From an uncultured delta proteobacterium (lineage in GTDB: Bacteria > Desulfobacterota > Binatia > UBA9968): DNA of 64,000 nt. This document shows positions 49,449 to 60,637 of the stretch, one piece after another. Numbering within the stretch: the first letter of the stretch is position 1; each line of letters begins with the position of its first letter. The stretch is from contig CAVTUQ010000004.1 of the NCBI GenBank assembly GCA_963737905.1, forward strand, positions 32,001 through 96,000. Reading direction: 5' to 3'. The notes under the pieces are model-generated. The model did not search any database. It saw only the letters and a list, made by a program, of their open reading frames with translations, and had not been told where the DNA came from. A program made the translations under genes and the position numbers.

Positions 49449-52400
49449 TTATGTAAGTTCCTCCAGTAATGCTTTTGCCTCTTTCAAGTCGGCCGTGTCA
49501 AACCCTTCAGTAAACCAGCCGTAAATATCACCTAGCAATTTTCGCGCTTTTCCTGTCTTACCTTGCTTCTGCCACAGCCGACTCATGCTCATCGCTGCCC
49601 GTAACTCCAACGACTTCGCTTGCTGTCGGCGTGAAATCTCGATAGCCTCCGAAAAACTCTCCTCTGCAGAACGGTGAACGAACTCCGCTTTCTGCATTCC
49701 AGGCTCTGCATTCAAAAGAAGCTCGCCTTTCAGCCGATGTAGCTCTGCCTCGTAATACCACCCTCCGTTTTTGTGCGACCAAGCTACTTCGGACAGCACA
49801 GTCAATCCCTCCTCTGCCTTCTTCACTTTCCCATAAATCTTCGCTAGGAGAACCAGATAATGCGACCGGGCCACTTCTGCGCCTGTGGTCTTATAGGCGA
49901 GCAGACCCTGGCACATTTGTGCAACGCCTTTCTCTGCTGTTTGTCCTTCATCGGCCAGTGCCCAACCGCGTAGGATGGTTCCCTGCGTAAACCAGTAAGG
50001 GAACCCATACTTGCTTGCGAGCGCCAGGAGTGCCTCCGCTCGCTCTTGGACTGCTTCACGCTCTCGACGGAATTCATGGAGCCAGGCAGCATAGCCCAGG
50101 GCCTCAGCTAAGGTTAGGGGATGAGACAATTCCTCGGCGAGAGCTAGCGCGTCTTGACTTCTCTTCAGGGCCCGGTCCGGATAGCCAAGCAACCACAGCG
50201 CCAAGGCTCCAAAGTCCCTGCAGCACACCCCGGGGTCGTGCCCACCATAGAGAAAGGCCAGGACGCGGTGCTGTGGGGAATCATACAGATCAATCCCATG
50301 TTCCGAGTGTGCTCTGGCTAGAGTCAACTCTCCAATAAAGAACGAGTTGGCCCACATCGCGTGATGGGCTTCGAGGAGAAGACCGGCGTCACGCAGGTGC
50401 TGAGCCAGACTAAAGAGTTGCGTGGCTAGATCTCTCGCTGTTTGCAACTCTCCCCGCTGTAGATGAAGTAGCCATAGTCCCCACAATACGGGGAAAAGCT
50501 GCGAGGTCTCGCCTACCTGTTGGCACAATTCCCGTGCCCGCAGGTACACGGGTTCGATTTCTGGCGCGCCGAAACCTTTGGTTGACTGGAGCGCCGGGCC
50601 AAGGGCGAGCAGCAGAGCGAGCTCTTGCTTTTCGCGTTCGTCACTTAACGGCAACGTCTCGACGACTTCCAACGCTCTCGTGAAATAGGCCACCGCCTCT
50701 AAGTTCGCCGAACGCGATAACGCCTTGGTCCCGGCTTCGCGGAGATACATAACCGCTTTGTCCCACACCTCTCCCCTGACGGCATGGTCAGCCAAGCGCT
50801 CCACTTGTTCGCCGAGTCTGTCCCGGTAAAGCTGCTCCGTTATTTCGACGATTCGCGTATGAAGCGCGCGCCGGCGATCTTGCAACAGCGTTCCGTAAGC
50901 AACCTCGTGTGTAAGGGCGTGCTTAAAGGTGTATTCGATATCCGGAAAGAGACTCGTCTCGTAAAGAAACTCCGCGGCCTGAAGCCGAATCAGTCCACGT
51001 CTGACTTCTTCTTCGGACTGATCCGCGATGGCTTGAAGCAGCGCAAATGGAACGTCCTTGCCTATAACGGCCGCCGATTGAAGAAGACGTTTCTCATCTA
51101 GCGCAAGTCTATCAATCCGAGCGGCTAACACTGCCTGTACGGTTGCCGGTACCTGCGTGCTCTCAATCGGTCTGGCAAGACGATAATTTCCCCGCTCGCC
51201 CGCTAGCAGTTTGGTCTCCACTAATGTGCGAACGCTCTCCTCGATGAAAAAAGGGTTCCCTTCCGTTCGCTCGATCAATAGCTTTTTCAATGGCGCGAGG
51301 CTCGAATCACTTCCCAAAAGTGCCTGGAGCAGTTCCTCCGCGCTTTCAGGCGGCAGAGGATCAATCCGGAGTTGGCTGTAATAGGTCTTGCTCCCCCAGC
51401 CGTGCTGGTACTCCGGCCGATAGTTGACCAACAGCAGAAGTCGCGCAGTCGGAAGACTCTCAATCAAGCTATCCAGGAAAGACTGGGTCTCCGAATCGAT
51501 CCAGTGAAGATCTTCGATGACCAAGAGCAAAGGTTGGATTTGGCTCTCTCGTAGCAGCAAACGCTTGATTGCCTCTAGGGTGCGCTGGCGGCGCTGTGGA
51601 GGATCCGAGCTCTGCCACACTTGGTCCTCGAGCGTCAAGTCTAAGAGCGCCAGGAACGCAGGCAGTGTGGGCTCTAGAGACTTATCCAGTGTCAGGAGCT
51701 TCCCTGTAACTTTCTCGCGAATCTTCCGCACATCGTCTCGGTCTTCAATGGTGAAGTATGCCTTGAGCAGGTCGATCACTGGAAGATACGCAGTCGCTTT
51801 GCCGTAAGAGACCGAGCCGCTTTCAAGGATAAGCCAGTCCACGGTACGGCGAGAATGAGCGAACTCCCAGAACAGACGGGACTTGCCTACCCCCGGCTCA
51901 CCGACAAGGGCTACCACCTGGCCGTGGCCGCTGCCTGCCTTATCGAGAGCGCGGCGGAGAGTCTCAAGCTCAGTATCGCGTCCGACGAAGCGCGTGAAAC
52001 CGCGCGCGGCTGCTGCTTGCAGCCGAGAACGTGTGGCTCCAACTCCAGTAACCTCATAAACTTCCACCGGCTCAGTTAGTCCCTTGACGTTGACCGGGCC
52101 AAGCGACTTCACCTGCACATAGCCTTCGGCTAGTTGTAGTGTGTCCGCGGTCATCATGATCGACCCCGGCATCGCCATCTGTTCCATCCGTGCGGCCAAA
52201 TGGGTGGTCTGCCCAACGGCCGTGTAATCCATCTTCAGGTCGCTGCCGATCGATCTGACTACGACTTCTCCAGAATTCACGCCAACTCGAATCTGAATCG
52301 GAATGCCCTCAGTTCTCTGAATGCTCTCTGCATACTTCTTCACCGACTCCTGCATCCTGAGCGCGGAGTAACAGGCTCGCACTGCATGATCTTCATTCGC

Positions 52401-52844
52401 GAGCGGCGCACCAAAAAGCGCCATGATGCCGTCGCCCATGACTTGATTGACGGTTCCCTCATATCGGTGCACCGCTTCCATCATGTGCTCGAGCACCGGG
52501 TCAAGAATCTTCCGCGCTTCCTCCGGGTCACGGTCCGCAAGTAACTCCATCGATCCTTTTATATCCGCGAACAGCACCGTCACCTGCTTGCGTTCACCTT
52601 CGAGGGCGCTCTTGGAAGTCAAAATCTTCTCGGCGAGGTGTTTGGGGGTATAAGTTTCGGGAGAAATGAAGCGCGTGGCTATAGCCGGTTGAGCACTCAC
52701 CGATTGCCCACACTCGAGACAGAACTTCGCCCCCGCAGGAAGCTCTGTGCCGCACGCGGCGCATTTTAGGGCCAGCACAGTTCCGCACTCGAGGCAAAAT
52801 TTTGCCTGCGGCGGATTCTCCTGCTGGCAGCGCAGACATTTCAT
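49449..52844 (-). CDS. Double zinc ribbon - class III nucleotide cyclase - AAA ATPase - TPR protein
   Basis: 4 CxxC pairs; VLFADIKGS and GDGIMALFG cyclase; GEPGVGKS Walker A; EDLHWID Walker B; TPR tail ending GFDTADL. Confidence 0.92.
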   Translation of the reverse strand: MKCLRCQQENPPQAKFCLECGTVLALKCAACGTELPAGAKFCLECGQSVSAQPAIATRFISPETYTPKHLAEKILTSKSALEGERKQVTVLFADIKGSMELLADRDPEEARKILDPVLEHMMEAVHRYEGTVNQVMGDGIMALFGAPLANEDHAVRACYSALRMQESVKKYAESIQRTEGIPIQIRVGVNSGEVVVRSIGSDLKMDYTAVGQTTHLAARMEQMAMPGSIMMTADTLQLAEGYVQVKSLGPVNVKGLTEPVEVYEVTGVGATRSRLQAAAARGFTRFVGRDTELETLRRALDKAGSGHGQVVALVGEPGVGKSRLFWEFAHSRRTVDWLILESGSVSYGKATAYLPVIDLLKAYFTIEDRDDVRKIREKVTGKLLTLDKSLEPTLPAFLALLDLTLEDQVWQSSDPPQRRQRTLEAIKRLLLRESQIQPLLLVIEDLHWIDSETQSFLDSLIESLPTARLLLLVNYRPEYQHGWGSKTYYSQLRIDPLPPESAEELLQALLGSDSSLAPLKKLLIERTEGNPFFIEESVRTLVETKLLAGERGNYRLARPIESTQVPATVQAVLAARIDRLALDEKRLLQSAAVIGKDVPFALLQAIADQSEEEVRRGLIRLQAAEFLYETSLFPDIEYTFKHALTHEVAYGTLLQDRRRALHTRIVEITEQLYRDRLGEQVERLADHAVRGEVWDKAVMYLREAGTKALSRSANLEAVAYFTRALEVVETLPLSDEREKQELALLLALGPALQSTKGFGAPEIEPVYLRARELCQQVGETSQLFPVLWGLWLLHLQRGELQTARDLATQLFSLAQHLRDAGLLLEAHHAMWANSFFIGELTLARAHSEHGIDLYDSPQHRVLAFLYGGHDPGVCCRDFGALALWLLGYPDRALKRSQDALALAEELSHPLTLAEALGYAAWLHEFRREREAVQERAEALLALASKYGFPYWFTQGTILRGWALADEGQTAEKGVAQMCQGLLAYKTTGAEVARSHYLVLLAKIYGKVKKAEEGLTVLSEVAWSHKNGGWYYEAELHRLKGELLLNAEPGMQKAEFVHRSAEESFSEAIEISRRQQAKSLELRAAMSMSRLWQKQGKTGKARKLLGDIYGWFTEGFDTADLKEAKALLEELT

Positions 52845-52906
52845 AATCCGGCCTTCTCGCCTAAATTTCTGGATCTCCAGACTTCAGTACGAACGTTTCG
52901 GATTGC

Positions 52907-52992
52907 TCACCACGGAGTCGCCGAGGACGCGGAGAAAAATTTTTTGATCGAGGAATACTTCTATCTTTGCGAACTCTATGTCTCCGCGGTGA
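52907..52992. repeat. 9-bp periodic repeat hairpin
   Basis: TCACCACGGAGTCGCCGAGGACGCGGAG ... CTTTGCGAACTCTATGTCTCCGCGGTGA. Confidence 0.7.
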
Positions 52993-53029
52993 ATACTCTT
53001 TCACAGTAAACTCGAAAGCGCCATATTTC

Positions 53030-54389
53030 TCAGGCCGGTCGGATATTCTGATTCAGGTGGAACAGATTAGCCGGGTCATACTTTGCTTTCAGCATTCGCA
53101 GGCGCTGGTAGTTCGGCCCGTAAGCTGCCGCGACGGCGTCTTCTCCATCATCGTCCCCCAGATAGTTTACGTAGCGCCCTGGCGTGAAGCTGGGCCGCAT
53201 GAAGTCATATGATTGCCGCGCCCACGCAATATTCGGAGCGTTGTCGGCCGGTTCGAGCCATTCGGAGACGACCAGAAAGTTATAGCCCTCGTGCCGGTGT
53301 GGGAACGCCGTCTCGCTCACGCCGACACGCGTCGCTGCGCCGTGGATGTGCTCCAGCACCAGGCCGCTCATCGGCGAGGGACATGCCGCGAACTGAGAAA
53401 CTAGCGTGTCGATGGCCCCATCGCTGAGTTCACCTATGAAATTGGATTTCCAGTAGTTAAGGGCGCCCCGAGGGAATCCGGCGTCCAGCATCCTATTCGT
53501 CTCCTCGTAGCTTGTTGGACCGATGGAATCCAGAATCGGCGTGCCGAACTTCTTAATCGGCTCAAGGGCAGCCTCCGCTTCGGCTAGAGGACCGCAGTGG
53601 CATAAAATGATCACGGCGATCTGAGCGCCGTCGGGCGCGTGCAGCAGCGCGCCGAAGATCGTGAGGTCGTCGGTAAGTCCCGCCAACGTGATTTCCCGGA
53701 AAAATTTCAGCACATCGCGAGCACGATCGAAAGGGTGAGCGATGAGGCCGCTTGTGACCGTCCCAACCGGATGTAAGCGGTACTCCAACCATGAGACAGC
53801 GCCGAAGTTACCGCCGCCGCCTTGAAGTCCCCAGAAGAGATCGGCGTTTTCCTCCTTGCTTGCCCGCACGATGTCACCCGAAGCAGTAACGACCTCCGCC
53901 GAAAGAATTGTCCATCGCCAGCCCATACTTGGCCATGAGCCACCCGAGGCCGCCACCGAGCGTCAAACCCGCGATGCCAGTCGTGGAGATCACGCCGCCG
54001 GTGGTCGCTAGCCCATGTGCCTGCGTTTCGCGGTTGAATTCACGCCAGGTCACTCCGCCCTGAGCGCACGCCGTGCGACGGACCGGATCAACGTGGATGC
54101 CCTTCATGAGCGACATGTCGAGCATCAGCCCATCGTCACAGACAGCCCGGCCGGCAACGTTATGACCGCCGCCGCGCACCGCCAATTCGAGTCCGTGAGT
54201 GCGCGCGAAGTTTACCGCGTCAACGATGTCAGCGTTACCGACGCAGCCGGCAATCAACGCAGGGTGCCGATCGATCATACCGTTGTGGACCCGCCGTACT
54301 TCATCGTACCCGGATTGATCGGGACGCAGGAGCACGCCGGAAAAGCGAGCGGACAGGTCAACGATACTGGCTTGATCGAGCGCAACCAT
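53030..54389 (-). CDS. FAD-binding oxidoreductase (BBE-like), frameshifted near 53910
   Basis: RGGGHN, TLGGGLGWL; second frame DLFWGLQGGGGNFG, YVNY, KAKYDPANLF. Confidence 0.88.
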
Positions 54390-54467
54390 GAAATTCCTCC
54401 CAAAGACTTCTAGATAGTTGTGCCTTATAAATGTTCAATAGAACCACGGCTACAAAGCTTATCGGGT

Positions 54468-54502
54468 TGTTTCGAATTTTGGATTTCAAGTTTCGAGTTT
54501 TT
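54468..54502. repeat. 7-bp periodic array (single arm)
   Basis: TGTTTCG AATTTTG GATTTCA AGTTTCG AGTTTT. Confidence 0.55.
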
Positions 54503-54531
54503 TGTCCCTTCCGTCTCATACGGGTAGTGCC

Positions 54532-57500
54532 TTAACTCAACTGCTCAAGTTCCGCTTCCGCCTTTTCCAGCCACAATCCCATTTCTATCTCCCGCATCAT
54601 CGCGACGCCATTGGCGAGATGCATCTTCGCTTGCTCCAGATCACCTGTTCGCCGATGCAGTTTTCCCAAACCAACGTGGCAGTGAGCGATGAGCGGGCGC
54701 ATGCGAAGTTCATTGGCTAATGCCATCGCGTGATCATAATGATTTTCCGCCTTTGCCGTATCCGGAACATCGGCGTGCAAAAGACTCTCGCCGAGGACGT
54801 AAAGTGACAACGCTGCGTAGCCGCGATACCCTTGGGTCCGGGAAGATTCAAGCACCTGGTTAGCAAGCGAGGTGGCTTCTTCCAGTTTACCGACCAAAGG
54901 TAGCCCCGCGCCAACTGTACACGCGGCCAAACATTCCTAGCTCGCTCGTTGGTCAATTCCAACAGGGGTATCGCCTCGCCGACACGCCCAGCCGCAGCAA
55001 ATGCATTACCGAGAGCAACCGCCACTCGGGGAAGATTCTGACGGATGTCCCATAAGCGACAAACTTCCAGGCTCCGCTCTAGTAGCGGGATCGCCTTTTC
55101 CAAAGCGCCCTTCCTAAAATGCAGGCATCCGACCTCCAGATACGCAGTGTTTAGACTAAAAGGGTGATTGGCCACCTCGGCAATACGAATCGCTTCGTCG
55201 CCGTGAATAGCTGCTTCGCGAAACTCGCCAACTTCCGCCAGGCCCCATGTCAAATGACAGAGCGATCCAATCGACGCAACAAAGGCTAAGCCAAAGCGCT
55301 CGTAAATCTGATCGCCTACTATAGCATCGACATTCTTCTTAAAATGGTAAATAGCCAGATCAAAGTCACCGATCGATCGATGTGCCGACCCAAGAAAATG
55401 ATTTGCCTGAACCTGGAGGCTAAAATTGCCAATTGCTGAAGCGATCGCGAGGGCCCGTTCTCCCTTCTCAATAGCCTGAATGGGATCATCTCCCGCCTGC
55501 CCAAAGTAACCGGCCAAATAGGCTGAAATTTGCCCGAGCCGGCGTTGGTCATTCAAAGTCTCAGCGAGCACTTCCGCTTCGCGCATGCGTTCTAAAACTT
55601 TGGCTTGTTCTCCAAGAGGCTGGAGGGAGCTACGCATGTGGATACGAATATCTATAGCTTGCTCGATCATTTGACGGCTTTCGGGCAGATGCTTGGGCAC
55701 TTCAAGTGCCCGATCGAAATAGCTCACCGCTTCACGGTGCGCAGAGCGATCCGCCGCTTTGGCGCCGGCTTGCCGTAAGTAGGTCAACGCCTTCTCCCAC
55801 AGCTCGCCGTGGAAACGCGTGGTGCGCAAGCAGCTCAACCTGCTCGGCCAATCGATCTCCGTAGAGCCGTTCGATGGCTTCGACGATTCTGGCGTGCAGC
55901 GTGCGCCGCCGCTCTTGTAAGACACTGCCGTAAGCAACCTCGTGGGTCAGCGCATGTTTGAACGTGTATTCGAGATCGGGAAACAAGCGGGTCTCGTAAA
56001 CAAACTCGGCCGCTTGAAGATGACCGAGCTCGCGCCGGAGTTCTTCTCCGGATAATTCAGCGATGGCCTGAAGCAAGACAAACGGCACATCCTTGCCGAT
56101 CACCGACGCCGACTGAAGCAGACGCTTTTCATCGATTGACAGCCTATCGATGCGCGCGGCCAATACGGCGTGCACTGTCGCCGGTACCTTTGTAAGATCG
56201 AGCGAACCGGCGAGACTATATCGGCCTCGCTCGCCGACGAGAACTTTAGTTTCGACCAATGTCCGGACACTCTCCTCCAAGAAAAACGGATTGCCCTCGG
56301 TTCGCTCGATCAAGAGTTGCTTCAGCGGCTGCAAGTTCGCCTCGTCCCCCAACACCCCTCGGAGCAATTCCTCGGCACTCTCGGGTGGCAGCGGATCGAT
56401 CCGCAGCTGGCTATAATATGTTTTGTTCCCCCAGCCATGGCGGTATTCCGGGCGGTAATTCGCAAGGAGAAGAAGCGACGCAGTGGGCAAGCTATCGATC
56501 AGGCCGTCTAAGAAAGACTGAGTCTCCGAATCGATCCAATGCAGATCTTCGAACACCAAGATCACGGGTTGCACCTGGCTCTCGCGCAGCAGCAAACCTT
56601 TGATCGCGCCTAAAGTCCGCTGCCGGCGCTGGGACGGGTCTAGGTTCTGCCATTGTTGATCTTCAACCGCAACGTCTAACAATGACAGCAATGCCGGCAA
56701 CGCGGGCTCTAAAGTCTTATCCAATGTCAGTAACTTGCCGGTGACTTTCTCGCGGACATCGCGCTGAGTGTCACGATCCTGGATTTTGAAATACGCCTTC
56801 AGCAAATCAATTACAGGAAGGTAAGGCGTAGCTTTTCCGTAAGAAACTGAGCCCGATTCAAGGATCAAGCATCCCTCGGTACGATGCGAATGAGTGAACT
56901 CATAAAACAGTCGCGATTTCCCAACTCCAGGCTCACCCACCACGGCAACCACCTGACCATGCCCGGTTTGTGCTCGCTCTAGCGCTTTGCGCAGTTGCTC
57001 CGTCTCGGCGTCGCGCCCGACGAATCGTGTAAGTCCGCGCGCAACCGCTGCTTGCAAGCGGGAGCGCGCAGGTCCGGCACCACTGATCTCGTACACCTCC
57101 GCCGGTTCGCTCATCCCCTTCACATTAACCGGACCGATTGATTTCACTTGAACAAAGCCCTCGGCAAGGCCAAGGGTATCAGCAGTTATCAGAACCGACC
57201 CCGGCATCGCCATCTGCTCCATCCGAGCAGCCAAGTGCGTGGTCTGACCCACCGCTGTGTAATCCATCTTCAAGTCGCTCCCGATGGACCGCACAACGAC
57301 CTCGCCTGAGTTCAAACCAACTCTTATCTGGATAGGAATTCCCTCGGTCCGCCTTACTCCCTCAGCATACCTCTTAACCGACTCCTGCATCCTGAGCGCC
57401 GCATAGCATGCTCGGACAGCATGGTCTTCATGCGCCAGCGGCGCGCCAAACAGCGCCATAATGCCGTCGCCCATCACCTGATTGCCTGTGCCTTCGTAGC

Positions 57501-57873
57501 GATGAACTGCCTCCATCATGTGTTCGAGAATCGGATCGAGAAGCTTCCGCGTTTGCTCCGGGTCGCGGTCCGCAAGTAACTCCGTTGAGCCCTTCATATC
57601 AGCAAAAAGCACTGTGACTTGCTTGCGCTCGCCTTCGAGCGCGCTCTTCGACGTAAGAATCTTTTCGGCGAGGTGCTTGGGCGTGTAAGCTTCAGGAGAG
57701 TTAAACCGTACGAGAATAGGTCCGGCGACAGGATGCGCGCACTCGGGGCAAAACTTTGCGGTCGCGGAAAGCTGAGTGCCACAGTTCACGCAGCTGCGGG
57801 CCAGCGGAGCCGCACACTCCTCGCAGAACTTTGCTCCGGATGGATTTTCATGCTGGCAGCGAGAACACTTCAT
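54532..57873 (-). CDS. Second DZR - cyclase - AAA ATPase - TPR protein, frameshifts near 55815 and 54920
   Basis: Three overlapping ORFs (55732-57873, 54717-55937, 54532-54930) form one paralog of 49449-52844. Confidence 0.85.
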
Positions 57874-58166
57874 TTAGGTTTCCCATCATCGGACTAAGAA
57901 GAGTGCGATCGACTTCAAATGTCTCATCCTCTGCCTTGCACTCAATCCTGAGTCCAAATCCCGCGAGTCCAGTAGAAAATCTCATGGCCCCTGGTCGGCA
58001 AGCTGGCGGTTTTTGCCTACCACTGTTTCGATTCATTGTCCACATCGGTTTCCTGCTCTTCCGAACTACGGGCAAGGGAGAATCGACTCGGCTGGTTTGA
58101 AGAAGAAGAACCGCCCTGGTATGAATCGTCGCGAATACCAAATGGTAGGCGCAGGAACAATCCTTT

Positions 58167-58421
58167 ATGGCAATGAAGAAAATCGCGATTTCGCTGCCTG
58201 AGCCTGTTCTGGAGCGAATCGATAAACTAGCGGCAAGCCGGGGCGAGTCCAGGAGCCACCTGATTGCGACGGTCCTAGACCGCGTGGCGCGCGCCAAACG
58301 CGATCGGGACGTAACGGCTCGAATTGATGCGCTCCTCGCCGATGAAATGATCGCAGCTGAGCAGAAGTCCACAGCGGACGAGTTTCTTCGGATGTCCCCA
58401 TGGCCCAGAGGGAAGTGGTAA
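58167..58421 (+). CDS. RHH/CopG-type antitoxin
   Basis: KKIAISLPEPVLERIDKLAASRGESRSHLI. Confidence 0.8.
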   Translation: MAMKKIAISLPEPVLERIDKLAASRGESRSHLIATVLDRVARAKRDRDVTARIDALLADEMIAAEQKSTADEFLRMSPWPRGKW

Positions 58422-58762
58422 TACACCAAGGTAACCTGTACTGGGTCGCCGTTGGCAGTGGCCGGGGTTCAGAACCCTGGGGCCGCAGGACAGCCCTGGT
58501 CTTACAACACGATCGATTTAACCAGAGTCGTCTGAATACAGTTGTAGTCGTCGCCATTACTTCTAACCTCCGCTACGCCTCACTGCCCGGTAATGTTCGC
58601 CTGCGGAAAGGCGAGGGAGACTTGCCAAAGACATGCGTGGCCAATGTCACGCAGATTCAGACTATCGACCGAGCCTATTTAATCCAGAAAATAGGAACTC
58701 TCCCTCGCCACCTGTTGCGGCGCGTTTGGGACGGAGTGCGGCTCGTGGCAGAAGTAGACTAA
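58415..58762 (+). CDS. PemK/MazF-family endoribonuclease toxin
   Basis: QGNLYW, GSEPWGRRTALVLQHDRFN, VVVAITSN, QIQTIDR. Confidence 0.9.
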   Translation: MVIHQGNLYWVAVGSGRGSEPWGRRTALVLQHDRFNQSRLNTVVVVAITSNLRYASLPGNVRLRKGEGDLPKTCVANVTQIQTIDRAYLIQKIGTLPRHLLRRVWDGVRLVAEVD

Positions 58763-58789
58763 TAAGCTCCAACTCGCATTGAGGACACT

Positions 58790-60634
58790 TCATGCCGAAG
58801 CCTCCAGCACGGGTAGGGAGAAGCTAAAAGTAGAACCCTCGCCTGGAGCGCTGGATACCGTGATCCGCCCGCCGTGCAGCTCAACTAGCAAGCGTGTGAT
58901 CACGAGCCCAAGCCCCGTGCCACCACCCACCTGGGGCGAGCGATCGTGGGCCCTGAAAAATTTAGTAAACAGTTGCGCCTGATCTTCGGGCGATAGGCCA
59001 ATGCCAGTGTCGCTGACGTCCACGCGCACAAACCCATCGTCGCGCCGGGCTCCAACCGTAATGCTGCCCTCCACCAGCGTGTACTTGTGGGCGTTGGAGA
59101 TAAGGTTCGTCAGGATCTGCGTCACGCGGTCTTGATCTGCCCACACAGTCGGTAGCGGCTCGACGAGGTCGAGGCTGAGCCGCTGCCGCTTGGTTTCGAT
59201 CAACGGGCGCAATGAGCCGGCGACCTCCGGGATCAGATGGGCGAGGTCCAGGTTCGTGCGGTGGAGATCGAGTCTGCCTGCCTCCATGCGCGAGAGGTCA
59301 AGGAGATCGTTGATCAGCCCCAGCAGCCGGTCCGCGTTCTTCTTGACCAGGGTCAGGCTCTCGCGCTGCTCCGCAGCGATCTGCTCGTCCTCGAGCAGCA
59401 GTTCGGCGTAGCCCTGAATCGAGGTGAGCGGCGTCCGCAGTTCGTGCGAAACCATCGAGACGAACTCGGTCTTCAACCGGTTCGCCTCCTGAATGGCCAC
59501 GTTCTGCTGTTCGAGCTGGTAATTTTTCTGGCGGAGTTCCTCCTCCAGAAGCCTCCGCTCATGCGCCCGGTCCAACGACTCGGCCATCTGGTCGAACGCG
59601 CCGGCGAGCTGGCCCAGCTCCCCCTACTCATGGGGAAGACCGGTGCGCACGCCCAACTCCCCAGCAGCGACTCGTTTCGTCGCTTCCACGAGTGCCTGAA
59701 TCTGGCGGACAATAAACAGGTTTCCACCCAACCAGGCTGCGGCGAGCGCGAGTCCAGCGACGAGCCCCAGCATCGCAAGATTGCGGGCGAGAATCTGGTT
59801 GACACCAGCAAAAGCGACAGCCGCCGGGATACCAACGCTCACGTACGCGTCCGCGTTTTGCGCAGCGCCGCCGAACGGAGCGAACGAAAAGAGCCTCGGG
59901 ATGCCGTCCGTGCCCGGAGCATCGGTCGTTCCATTACCCTTTTGAGTCTGAATGGCGTTCAAGACGACCGGCTCCGGCATGAGCTTGCCAACCCATTTGC
60001 CGTCGTCCGGGTAGCGCGACAGGATCCTGCCGTTGCGGTCCGTCACGGTGAGCATTGTTCCCTCCGGGAGTCCCGCTTGACTAGCCAGTTTGTTGAGCCA
60101 GGCCAAATCTAGAGCGGCGAAAACCACCGCTTGCACACGGCCCGCGTCGTCGAGCACAGGATAACCGAAATTGACGCTCGCTTTGTCGGTGAGGCGGCCG
60201 ATTTGATATTCGCCGATGGCGAAGTCACGGGTCTCGAAGGCGCGCCGAAAATAGACGCGGTCGCCAAGGTAGGCTTGGCCAGGAATGGCGGTGCAAAAGA
60301 TGTTGCCATCGGTGTCGATGACTCCCAGATTGGCGTACGACGAACGCTGCGCGAGCAGATCGACAAAGAGCGCGGTGCATGCGGCGCGATTAAGATCGCG
60401 CACGGCAGGCAGATGCGCCAGGGTCACCAGAAGCTGGCGCGCCTCCTCAATCAGCCGCTCGTAATCCGCAGAAACGAGGCGGGATAGCCGCATGGCGTGC
60501 TCATACACGAGCGCCTTTCTGAGCTGGCGCTCTTCCAGATTGGTGTAGAGCGCGAGCCCCAACGCCGGAATGACGGCGAGAAGAACGAGCAGCAAGAGCC
60601 GGGTCCGCAGACTTCCAAGAGAAAGTCGCGCCAT
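58790..60634 (-). CDS. Cache-HAMP sensor histidine kinase interrupted by an in-frame TAG at 59624-59626
   Basis: 2 TM + Cache domain; HAMP reads GLPHE*GELGQLAGAFDQMA in one frame; SHELRTPL, NLISNA, DTGIG, GTGLGL. Confidence 0.85.
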
Positions 60635-60637
60635 GGT

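Noticed and set aside
57848-58557. Minus-strand ORFs of 193 and 130 aa
   Set aside because: Overlap the well-supported plus-strand TA genes and lack motifs
59624-59626. Pyrrolysine recoding of the kinase TAG
   Set aside because: Non-catalytic HAMP position and no pyl or methylamine methyltransferase genes in the window
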